Assembly (NCBI GenBank): GCA_045612565.1
Contig: JAZKZG010000094.1
Coordinates: 2,556-66,555 of the forward strand
DNA: 64,000 nt
Reading direction: 5' to 3'
Source: Eubacteriales bacterium
Lineage (GTDB): Bacteria > Bacillota > Clostridia > Oscillospirales > QAKW01
The position numbers were made by a program, and so were the translations under genes. The notes under the pieces are model-generated. The model saw nothing but the letters and a program-made list of their open reading frames with translations, searched no databases and was not told the DNA's origin. Positions 28,492 to 39,000 of the stretch are shown one piece after another (position 1 is the first letter of the stretch; each line of letters opens with the position of its first letter).

Positions 28492-29790
28492 ATGAAAAAA
28501 GTAAGAATAGGTGTTCTTGGTGGATATCGCGGCACAAGTATGATTAACTATTGTAAATGCGCAGGTAATGCCGAGGTTGTAGCAATTTGCGACAAGGCTC
28601 CTGATGTTCTCGAGGCACAAAAAGAGACTACAAAAGGTCTTGACATCACATTCTATGACAACTTTGACGATTTTATAAAGCACGATATGGATGCTGTTGT
28701 TCTTGCAAACTATGCACATCAACACGCACCGTTCGCCATAAAAGCGATGGAAGCCGGTCTTCACGTGTTCTCAGAGGTTCTCCCCACACAGACAATGAAA
28801 GAGGCTGTTGAACTTATTGAAGCGGTTGAAAGAACAGGCAAAATCTATGCCTATGGTGAAAACTATTGCTATATGCCCGCGCCTTATGAAATGAAAAAAC
28901 TCTACAGAGAGGGCAAAATCGGTGAGGTTGAGTACGCTGAGGGCGAATACATTCATAACTGTGAGTCAATCTGGCATTCAATCACCTACGGTGAGAAAAA
29001 CCATTGGCGAAACCTTATGTATTCGACGTTCTACTGCACACACTCACTCGGCCCGATTATTCATATCACAGGACTTCGTCCAGTATCTGTTATCGGTTAC
29101 GAGGGCATAGGTGCCCACCGTAAAGAAAGAGTAGGCTCAAAAGCAGGTGGCTTTGGCGTTGAGATGGTAACACTCGAAAACGGCGCGGTCGTAAGAAGCG
29201 TACACGGAGGTCTTTATACAGGCGGTAACTGGTACTCAATTTACGGTTCTAAGGGCAAAATGGAAAACGCAAGAAGAACAGAAAGCCGCGATAATGTTAA
29301 AAAACTCTATGTAAGATATGATGAAAACGAAGGTGAATATGATCTTAAAGAAGAAGCATATTTCCCTGAACGTCCTTATGATGAGGTTTCAAAATCATTC
29401 GGACACGGCAGTTCGGATTTCTATTCAATGTGGAATTTCTGCGAAAAGGTTCTTGGCAATCCGGATGCTGACATAATTGATGTTTATGAGGCACTTGATA
29501 TGTCACTCCCCGGTATGTTTGCATTCCGTTCAGTTCTTGCAGGTGGTATTCCGATGGATATCCCCAATCTCAGAAACAAGGATGAACGTGAGAAATGGAG
29601 AAATGATACGGCTTGTACCGATCCCGAGGTTGCAGGTGATATGTTAATACCCACACGCAGTGACGGCACACCTGATATCCCCGATAGCGTTTATGATGCT
29701 ATGAAAGAAAAATGGGATGCTGAATGCAACGATGACAGTGAAGATAACTACAGAAATCTTGCGCTTAAACAAGGCGAAGGCAAAATATAA
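28492..29790 (+). CDS. Gfo/Idh/MocA-family oxidoreductase
   Basis: N-terminal Rossmann 'MKKVRIGVLGGYRG' and an EVLPTQT-type motif. 432 aa. Confidence 0.8.
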   Translation: MKKVRIGVLGGYRGTSMINYCKCAGNAEVVAICDKAPDVLEAQKETTKGLDITFYDNFDDFIKHDMDAVVLANYAHQHAPFAIKAMEAGLHVFSEVLPTQTMKEAVELIEAVERTGKIYAYGENYCYMPAPYEMKKLYREGKIGEVEYAEGEYIHNCESIWHSITYGEKNHWRNLMYSTFYCTHSLGPIIHITGLRPVSVIGYEGIGAHRKERVGSKAGGFGVEMVTLENGAVVRSVHGGLYTGGNWYSIYGSKGKMENARRTESRDNVKKLYVRYDENEGEYDLKEEAYFPERPYDEVSKSFGHGSSDFYSMWNFCEKVLGNPDADIIDVYEALDMSLPGMFAFRSVLAGGIPMDIPNLRNKDEREKWRNDTACTDPEVAGDMLIPTRSDGTPDIPDSVYDAMKEKWDAECNDDSEDNYRNLALKQGEGKI

Positions 29791-29840
29791 AAGATACCAA
29801 AGGAACAGACTTTAAAACTCTGTTCCTTTTTAAATAAAAT

Positions 29841-29873
29841 AAAAAACGCTTAACCGATTGGTTAAGCGTTTTT
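29841..29873 (-). terminator. terminator downstream of rpsU
   Basis: AAAAAACGCTTAACC-gatt-GGTTAAGCGTTTTT. A second hairpin at 29799..31 terminates the + strand oxidoreductase gene. Confidence 0.7.
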
Positions 29874-29897
29874 AAGTACGTCAAAAAGTGCCAGAGA

Positions 29898-30071
29898 TTA
29901 ATACTTGCGCTTTCTTGCTGCCTCTGACTTTTTCTTTCTCTTTACGCTGGGCTTTTCGTAGTGCTCTCTTTTTCTGATTTCAGAAAGAACGCCCGATTTT
30001 GCGCACTGTCTTTTAAATCTTCTGAGTGCGCTGTCTAACGACTCGTTTTCTTTAATGCGGATTTCAGCCAT
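29898..30071 (-). CDS. rpsU: 30S ribosomal protein S21
   Basis: Not in the ORF track (57 aa). Translates to [70 protein letters not shown]. Promoter TTGACT-17-TATAAT at 30135..30163. Confidence 0.9.
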   Translation of the reverse strand: MAEIRIKENESLDSALRRFKRQCAKSGVLSEIRKREHYEKPSVKRKKKSEAARKRKY

Positions 30072-30180
30072 TATTGATTTCCCTCCCTCCGCTATGTGAC
30101 CAATAAATACTATGCTTGTACATAGACAACAAATATTATAAATAAATCACGTCAAAAAGTCAATAGCAAAATAAAAGTTT

Positions 30181-30948
30181 TTATTTGTTTTTGTTATAAA
30201 TTATCAAAAGACCTTTTAAAAGCAGTTCGTCATCATAAATGATATCTCGGCGCATACAAAGGGGTGTTACAAGCCCCGCAAGACCGCCTGTTGCAATGAC
30301 TGTACATTCTTTACCGAGTTCGTTTTCGATACGTGTGATCATACCGTCGATAGCGGCGGCATTACCGAGCATAATTCCGCTTTTTAAGCAGTCAACCGTG
30401 TTTGTTCCAATAACTTTTTTTGGCTTGTCGTATGAAAATCTCGGAAGTTGCGATGTGCGGCTGATGAGTGCATCGGTAGAAACCGCCATACCTGTTGTGA
30501 TTGCACCGCCGAGGTAGTTTGCGTTTTCGTCAATTACCGAAAAAGTGGTGGCGGTACCCATATCTATTATTATCTGTGGTAGCGGATATTCGTTGATTCC
30601 CGCAACTGCGTCAACAACAAGGTCAGAACCGAGTTGAGCGGGATTGTCTATCTTTATCGAAAGACCTGTTTTGATGCCCGGACCGACAACGAGCGGAGAG
30701 ACATCACAATATTTTTCGATTGCGCGGCAGATAGTGCCTGTGACCTGCGGCACTACCGATGAAATGATTGCGCCTTCAATTGCTTTATGGTCGTAACCGT
30801 GCATATTGAGTGCGGTTTTTATCATTACCGCATACTCGAGGTCGGTTGCGGTCTTGTTGGTGGAAGTGCGCTCTTTGAGGCAGATTTCATCATTTTTAAA
30901 CGCACCTATAACGGTGTTTGTGTTTCCTACGTCAATTGTTAAAATCAT
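30181..30948 (-). CDS. coaX: type III pantothenate kinase
   Basis: MILTIDVGNTNTV..., IIIDMGTATT, and ...ATGG motifs of the ASKHA-fold CoaX family. Confidence 0.9.
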   Translation of the reverse strand: MILTIDVGNTNTVIGAFKNDEICLKERTSTNKTATDLEYAVMIKTALNMHGYDHKAIEGAIISSVVPQVTGTICRAIEKYCDVSPLVVGPGIKTGLSIKIDNPAQLGSDLVVDAVAGINEYPLPQIIIDMGTATTFSVIDENANYLGGAITTGMAVSTDALISRTSQLPRFSYDKPKKVIGTNTVDCLKSGIMLGNAAAIDGMITRIENELGKECTVIATGGLAGLVTPLCMRRDIIYDDELLLKGLLIIYNKNK

Positions 30949-30952
30949 ACCG

Positions 30953-31585
30953 CTACCTCTTTTTTATAATGTTTGCCGATTTAACGGCAACAACAACAGC
31001 CGATGCCAGAAGTGCTGCAATAATTGCTTCGATTGTGCCGTTTATTGACACTACCGATAGAATTACACCGATAATTGCATCATATGCAATACCGCGAGCC
31101 GCGGCATAACTCTGACCGAAAAACAGGTATATCATACTCATAACAAGAATTGTATTTGTAAGCGAACCCGCAACCCCGCCGATAAGACAGGAGAGTTTTT
31201 GTCCGCATTTATTTTTTAGTGCTTTATATACAAAATACGGCACAACACCGCATAGTATACGCGGTATAAAGCATATAACAAGCGCCAACGGACTTCCGCC
31301 CATACCGTCGCCAACCTCCACAAACGGCGAAAAACAAAACGACGTGAGTGCGGGTGCCATTGTGTTGTTTATAAGGCTTGTAAGTCCAAATACCGCACCA
31401 AGATACGCGCCCGACTTATAGCCGAGCAGTATTGAGCCGATTATGACGGGAATATGCACTGTTGTTGCCTGTATTGCCAGTCCCGGTATGCGAATGTAGC
31501 CAATCTGCGGCACAAATGCAAGTAAAAGCACCAGTGCTGTGAGCAGTGCGTTTTGTGTTAAAAAAAGCACCTTTGAATTTTTCAT
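30953..31585 (-). CDS. ECF-transporter S component, probably pantothenate-specific (PanT-like)
   Basis: 210 aa, 6 TM helices, typical S-component N-terminus. It lies immediately upstream of coaX and divergent from coaBC. The substrate is inferred from context only. Confidence 0.6.
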   Translation of the reverse strand: MKNSKVLFLTQNALLTALVLLLAFVPQIGYIRIPGLAIQATTVHIPVIIGSILLGYKSGAYLGAVFGLTSLINNTMAPALTSFCFSPFVEVGDGMGGSPLALVICFIPRILCGVVPYFVYKALKNKCGQKLSCLIGGVAGSLTNTILVMSMIYLFFGQSYAAARGIAYDAIIGVILSVVSINGTIEAIIAALLASAVVVAVKSANIIKKR

Positions 31586-31725
31586 TTTAAGTTTCCTCCT
31601 TTGCTAATGTTCCCTTGGGGGATACAGTGCCTAAAAACTTAAAAATAATATATCACATATTTTTTACAATTTCTATAGATTTGGTGATTTTTTTGTGCTA
31701 TCATAATAAAAAAGGGGGTATTTTT

Positions 31726-32913
31726 ATGTTAAAAGGAAAGCACATCGTAATCGGCGTAAGCGGTGGAATCGCGGCATACAAAATGCCGAATGTAGCGCGT
31801 ACGCTAAAAAAACTCGGTGCAAAAGTCACCGTTATTATGACCCAAAATGCCACCAATTTCATAACGCCCACAACCTTTGAGTCACTGCTTGGTACAAAGT
31901 GTCTTGTAGATACTTTTGACAGGAACTTTGAGTTTTCGGTTGAGCATGTGGCAATAGCCAAATCGGCTGATGTTGTGCTTATTGCACCTGCTACTGCCAA
32001 CGTTATAGGCAAAATTGCGGGTGGTATTGCCGATGATATGCTCACAACCACCGTTATGGCGTGTACCTGTAAAAAAATCATTGCTCCTGCAATGAATCAT
32101 AATATGTATCACAACCCGATTGTTGAAGATAATATCCAAAAACTGCAACGCTTCGGTTATGAGATTATTCCTGCTGACCGCGGTATGCTTGCAAATGGCG
32201 ATATCGGCGACGGCAGAATGCCCACAGAAGACGTACTTGTTGACTATGTTATCCGTGAGTGTGCATACCAAAAAGACCTTGTTGGAAGACGTGTGCTTAT
32301 AACAGCGGGTGCAACGCGTGAGGCTATTGACCCTGTGCGTTTTATCACCAATCATTCATCGGGCAAAATGGGTGTTTGTCTTGCACGTGCGGCAATGCTC
32401 CGCGGTGCTGATGTTACCCTTGTTCACGGTCATATGGAAGTGGATGCTCCGCGTTTTGTAAACGCAGTCGCTGTTACGTCGGCAAAAGATATGTTTGATG
32501 CGGTGACCACACTTGCACCGCAATTTGATATTATAATAAAGGCGGCGGCAGTTGCCGATTTCACTCCGTTTACCGTGGCACAGCACAAAATCAAAAAAGC
32601 AGATGCCGATATGTCAATTCCGCTGTCGCGTACACAGGATATTTTAAAATACCTTGGCGAACATAAAGAGAGCGGTCAGATAATCGTTGGGTTTTCGATG
32701 GAAACGGATAACGTTATTGAAAACTCGTCAAAAAAACTGCGTTCTAAAAACTGCGATATGATTTGTGCAAATTCAATTGCAACCGACGGTGCGGGTTTTG
32801 GCGTTGATACCAATATTCTGACGCTTATAACCGAAAAAGAAACTACTCGGCTCAAAAAAATGTCAAAAGACGATGTCTCACATGAAATACTAACAAAAAT
32901 CCTTAGTCTTTAA
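31726..32913 (+). CDS. coaBC: bifunctional phosphopantothenoylcysteine decarboxylase / phosphopantothenate--cysteine ligase
   Basis: Flavoprotein N-domain (GKHIVIGVSGGIAAYK...PAMNHNM) and DFP C-domain (ITAGATREAIDPVRFITNHSSGKMG). ATG at 31726 follows GGGGG. Confidence 0.9.
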   Translation: MLKGKHIVIGVSGGIAAYKMPNVARTLKKLGAKVTVIMTQNATNFITPTTFESLLGTKCLVDTFDRNFEFSVEHVAIAKSADVVLIAPATANVIGKIAGGIADDMLTTTVMACTCKKIIAPAMNHNMYHNPIVEDNIQKLQRFGYEIIPADRGMLANGDIGDGRMPTEDVLVDYVIRECAYQKDLVGRRVLITAGATREAIDPVRFITNHSSGKMGVCLARAAMLRGADVTLVHGHMEVDAPRFVNAVAVTSAKDMFDAVTTLAPQFDIIIKAAAVADFTPFTVAQHKIKKADADMSIPLSRTQDILKYLGEHKESGQIIVGFSMETDNVIENSSKKLRSKNCDMICANSIATDGAGFGVDTNILTLITEKETTRLKKMSKDDVSHEILTKILSL

Positions 32914-33053
32914 CTAAGGATTTTTTTGTTTAAATTACACAAAATCGGCTCTTCAAATTCTACTTTGTATATGCAAAAAATGATTGCATATATATTCTAT
33001 AAATAGTAAACTTAGATTAAGCATTATATAAATTAAAAAAGGAGAAAAACCAA

Positions 33054-36000
33054 ATGAAACGAATAATTTCTTGGGCACTAACGGTTATGATGATAATCGG
33101 ATGCTTAGGTAGTTTCTCAACAGCGGCATTTGCTGCGGTTGATACAAGCAACCCGATTTCAATAACCCAGTGGCACGATGAAACAGGCATCATCAAAGAC
33201 GGCTTTGGTGTGCTTGTGCCCGATAACACAACAACATCAACTGTTGAATTTGTGTGGCAGGGCGGCTACTATACCGCAACTGTAGGCACCGATGCCTTCA
33301 AAACAGTAGCGGCAGCACGTAGTGCGGGTAAAAAACAGTTAATCCTACCTGCTTTAACCTACGGCAAACTCGATATTTCGGGTTCAATCGAACTGTACGG
33401 TAACCACTTTGGAAAAAATCCCAATGTTATTGGCGAAGACAGAACACAAGACTGGACACTGAATGAAGAGTGGAAGAGCAATGTAACAACCGTTACAGGC
33501 AACATTAATATTCAAAATGTTGCAACTCCCACATCGGTAAAGGGAACCGTCATTGTTATTGACGGCTTAAAACTTAACGGCTCATTTATGGATAATGCAC
33601 GTAATGTTTCAAAGTATCCCACGAGCATAAAACTTTCAAATATGCATTTTGGATTTACAACATCAGCAACCCGCATTTTTGAACTTGCTAACAAAAATGC
33701 AAACAATGCTGATGAGTCAATTCTGAATGTGGATAGTTTTATTGTTGAAAATTCACGTTTTGATTACCCCAATAAAACAGATTCAAACCGCACATTCAAC
33801 GAATACAGTCCCAAAACACTCATAGTTAACAACAACTATTTCGGTAAGGGCTTTTCACGTCTTGGATGGTTCAAACAACAGGTGTCGGTTAAAGAAGGTC
33901 ACCTTGAACTGTCAAACAACTATTTCAGAGAAGGTAAATACATAATAAACCTTTGCGGTGGTGTAAACGTATTTAAGGGTAAATATACCGATACAAACAG
34001 CGTTGCCAAGTTCAACAACAACATTGTTTATAACTCGGCTGTTGACGGTGCACTTGAAATAGGCCCTGCTTATTTTGCAAGTACCGAGGTTATGGGAAAT
34101 GTGTTTGTTGACACAAAAAATCTTGATAAACACGCCATTTCGACTCCTATATACAACGAAATGTTTGCAGGTGTAAGCTATGCTGATGTAATAACCATCA
34201 AAGGCAACCGCTTTGTAGGTGTATCTGACCACCTTAAATTAAACGAGGGTACCGTAAGCCTTTCAAAAGACAATGCAAACTATCATTCGATGTATACCGA
34301 AGATTTTGCAAACGCTCAGAACGGCACACAGATTTACGGCGCACTCAAAGACAGCGACTATTACCTCGACTTCAATGCAACCACCCTTGCATCAGAGGCT
34401 GTTATGAAAGCAGACCGCGAGGGTATGAGTGTTGTTTCAAAATCAAATGTTGCATCAATTGTAATTGCAAAAGACGAAAACTATATCCCGTCACTCAAAA
34501 CAGTAAAAGACGTACCGTTTACTCTTTATTCTGACAAAGAGCATAAAAATGCGGTAAGCACAATTTCGGGTGCAGACGTCGGCGACGGCAGACTCTATTA
34601 TGCAAGAGCAATCACCGAAACAAACGTTGTAATCGACTATACTGTTGTGATTTCGGCTGGCGATAAAAACGCACCCGCTTATGAAGGCGCATACCTGCTT
34701 TATGACAAGACTGAGGATATGCCAGTGGGCGCAAAATTTGTTGCGACCTATAAGGGCAAAGAATATACCTTCACAGTAGGTGTTGACGCATTCCCGTCAC
34801 TTGCACAGATAAGCGTACAGCACAAAAAAGACGAAACAATCAACGTAATTATGCTTTCAGGTGCTTATGAAGGCGGCTATAACGTTACAGGCGACTTTAA
34901 CATCGTTGGTGACAACACAGTCCTCAAAAATGGCTTCAAGACCGACGGTCCTGTTAAAATTGCGTGTGTGGGCGACTCGATTACCGAGGCGGTAATGTAT
35001 GGCGGCCGCGCAACATGGGGCTATCCCGCACGTCTTAACGACCTTCTTGACGCATCATACGGCGAGGGTAATTACGAAGTTAAAAACTTCGGTAAAGGTA
35101 ACTCGTCACTCCAACAGATTAATACAACCACAACAACCAATTTGAAAACTGCCAACCGTTCGCAGTATAATCAGGGTTCGTGGTATTATTCGGCACTCAA
35201 TTACAACCCCGACGTTGTAATGGTTATGATCGGTCATAACGATACACAGGTAGCAGAAACCGATCATATCTATAAATCGGCGGCAAACTATAAAAAGTAT
35301 TATGTTGACCTTATTGAGAGTTTCAAAGAACTCCCCTCAAATCCGCAGATTATTGTTGTAAGCTGTCATGCAAGAGCGGCGGGATTCCGCGGAGATCTTG
35401 TTGAAAGATGTATAATCCCTGTTCAGAAAGAACTTGCAGAACGCTATAACACAATCTTTGTAGATACGTTTACCGTAACAAACGGTATGAAAAATGCCGC
35501 CGACGGCGTGTACTCAACTGACGGACTGCATCTCACACCCAAGGGCTATGCTCTTCTTGCAGGTCTTATCAAAGACGGTACCGACGGTATCTATTCATCA
35601 AAACGCGCTGTTACACTTGACGGCGTTACAGTTGACGAAAATGCCGAGGTTGTAACAAAAACCGCAAAAATCAAGATTGCTGCTATGGGTGATCAGACTA
35701 CATACGGTTCAAAATCGTATATTAACTATCCGACAGCACTCGGTCAAATCCTTGGCGATGGCTATGAGGTACGCAATTACGGTGAATGTGATATAACCAC
35801 CAAAAACTATTACACTGATAAAGAATACGGCGAAATAGGCGACTATCAGTCGGCACTCGCATGGAAACCTGATGTTGCAATTCTCGGCTTTGGCGCGAAC
35901 AACAGTACAAATACTGCATTTACAAACAGTTATCAGTCGATGATTGACGAACTTAAGGCACAGGGTACAAAGATTTATCTTCTGACTTCGCTTAAAAAAT

Positions 36001-39000
36001 CGATTAATACCAAAATAACCGAACTTGCAGCAGCAAATGAACTTGAAGTAATTGATATCTATACCTATGCAAAAGAAAATCTGAGCGACTATAAACTGTC
36101 AACTTACCTTTTTGACGAGGTGGGTAACACCAAGTTTGCAGAATTTGTTGCAAAAGAGGCTTTTGACGTTAATCCCCCTGAAAAAGCCACTGAGTTTGTT
36201 CTTGGCGGACAGCAGTTTAAAGACTATACTTCGGACTATATCCCCGTAACAGATGCACCGCTCTTTACACAGCGCGACGACAGCGCTCTCACAATCAAAA
36301 ACGATGCAGTTGCCGTTATTGAACTTGCATCCAAAAAGACTTCGGGCGACAGCATTATTGCACGGTGGGACGGACAGTATTATAAATTCACTGTCGGCGT
36401 AAACGCATTCGGCACACTCGCCGAGGCACTTTCAACCGATGTAAAACAGATAATCGTTCCCACAGGTCTTATTTCGAAGTTCGAGGTAACACGCTCGGTT
36501 GAAATTTACGGTGCAAACTACAACATTCATCCGTGGACTGTTGAAGGCGGCGAAAAGGTTGTTCAAAGTGCCGATTGGGGTAAATACGGCGAAAGTGTAA
36601 TTTATCAGACAGATATCGTTATCACTAAAGAGGCTGTTGGCGCAAATATCCTTATTTCAGGCTTCAGAATGACACGTGGCTTTAACGATACCGCTCGTCC
36701 GCTTTCTTCTGAAAATACAAGCATTACTCTCAAAAATAATATTCTTGACCGTTGCTTTGAGACGGGTGATTTCCGCGAATTCAATCTCCTCAACGCAAAC
36801 AATACAAATTCATCGAACACATCGGTTGAAAATAATGACGAGTTCACCATCAAGAATATGATGTTCCAGAATCACTCTCCAAATACAGGTCATGCACTGT
36901 TCCAGGAACAGTTACCGTCATTCTTTACAATTGACGGCTTTGGCTGTAATTCAAAAATGACAACCTTTGGCTTCCCCAAGTGGGGCTATGGTACAAAGCA
37001 GGGTAAAATGACCCTTAAAAACTGCTTTATTAAAGACGTAAATGCTTCTTCATCGCGTTTCCCGTATCTTATAAACTTCTCGGGTCATTTTGGAAGCGCA
37101 AACCTCACTGACCAGCAGATTTCAAATCTTGATTTATCACTTGAAATAAGTAACAACACCTTTATCGACTGCTACACCGGCGGTACAGATGGCGCAGTTA
37201 TTATCTGGCCGGCATCGTATACAGATATTGTTGTTGACGGCAACACTCTTGTTTCGACAAATGATATTAATAACCGCGGATTCCAGTGGAAAGGTCAGTC
37301 GGATTTCCGATCCAATGATAAAAACTTTACCGATAGAATTACATTTAAAAACAACCGAATCATCGGTTACATTGCATCGCACTATGTAAATGATCTTACA
37401 AAACTCGATCTTTCGGATAACTATTTCGAAACATACACACTTTCGTACAGAAACGGTGTGACAGGCGATATTCCTGCCGATATCGACGCAAACTACTATC
37501 TCGATTATAAACTCACAACCCGAATCGGCGATATGGCACCAAACAGCGTAAACGCTATCCACGCACTTTCGGTTGATAACGTAACACGCACAATCTCGGG
37601 CTTTGCGACAGGCGATATTGCCGAACTCGGAATGTCAAACGACATAGGCGTTGAATACACATTCTATTCGGATGCCGAGTGCAAAAACGCTATCACATCG
37701 CTTGATGTTGAACTCGGAAATGCCTCAAAGGCTTATGTAAAAGCAAAACGTGGAAATATCCAAATTGTTTATACACTGTATGTAATTGGTATAAAAGATG
37801 TTGCGGATATCGGTTCTGCCGATACCAACACAACCCTTGAGGGTATTGATGATGCAACACTCTGGTACCCCTCACTCTACGGTGCGCCCAACGGTATCAA
37901 GGTAATTTCTTACTACGACGGCAAACCCGTTGAGTTTACAACAGGTGTTAATGTTGCTTCGTCAGCAGGTGAGATGGGTCTTTACGGTGACGATATCATC
38001 TTCCCCGATAACATCACCGAAATCGACGGCCTTGAACTTGTTACTGCAGTAAATGTTTACAGCGCGGTTGCAAACATCAAGGGCATCAAGATGCGTAAGG
38101 TTAAAATTGCGTGTGTGGGTGACTCGATTACCGACGGTGTAATCAATGGCGGACGTCAGGATTCATACCCCACCACAATGCAAAACCTCCTTGGAACAAA
38201 CAGTTATGATATTCAGAACTTCGGCGGCAGCGGTGCTACCGCACAGTATATCGAGTATCTGCGCTTAAACGCTAATGAAGGCGACCGTGAGCGTCAGTAC
38301 AGAGTACTCCGCAAGTCGATGTACGAACAGAGTATTGCATACAACGGTGACGTTGTTATCATCGGCCTCGGTGCAAACGACTCGGCTGTTAATGAGCCTG
38401 TACGTTGGCTTTCAAACTATAACTTTATTGACCAATATATTGACCTCATCCGTGAGTATCAGTCACTTCCCTCAAAACCCGCGGTTTATATTACAACCAC
38501 CACGGCACGTTATGACCAGGCAGTTGCAACTGTACTCATTCAGGAAAATATGCGCTATATCGAGCAGGTAATTGCCGATATTACAGGTGCTGAGATTATT
38601 GACCTCAACACTCTTATGGACTATATGTTCAAGTCTACCGCAACCGAGTATTCCAGCGATAGACTTCACCCCACCGCAAAAGGATATCACGAGATGGGTA
38701 AAATTATCGCAGACGAGGTGACAAAAACACTTGCACCTATCGGCGAAAATACTATCACTGTAAACGGCGGTACTGTTTCGGGTGTGATAGAGTCAAGTGT
38801 TGCAAAAACAAACCTGGCTCTTAATGATAATACACTTGTTATCGACTCGCAAATCATCAACGGCAGCAATATTGTAGGTGTTGATCTCCACAACGCTGTT
38901 GTTAAAAAGAATGATAAAGTTGTGTCGGAATTTGATGCAGCTGAACTTATCACAAGCGGCGGCAGTGTTAAGGTTGACCTTGGTGTTGCCGATGTTGAAA

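Noticed and set aside
28369-28764. 131-aa minus-strand ORF
   Set aside because: It is antisense to the start of the Gfo/Idh/MocA gene and spans that gene's promoter and RBS region. The sequence is Cys/Phe/Ile-rich and low-complexity, typical of an antisense frame.
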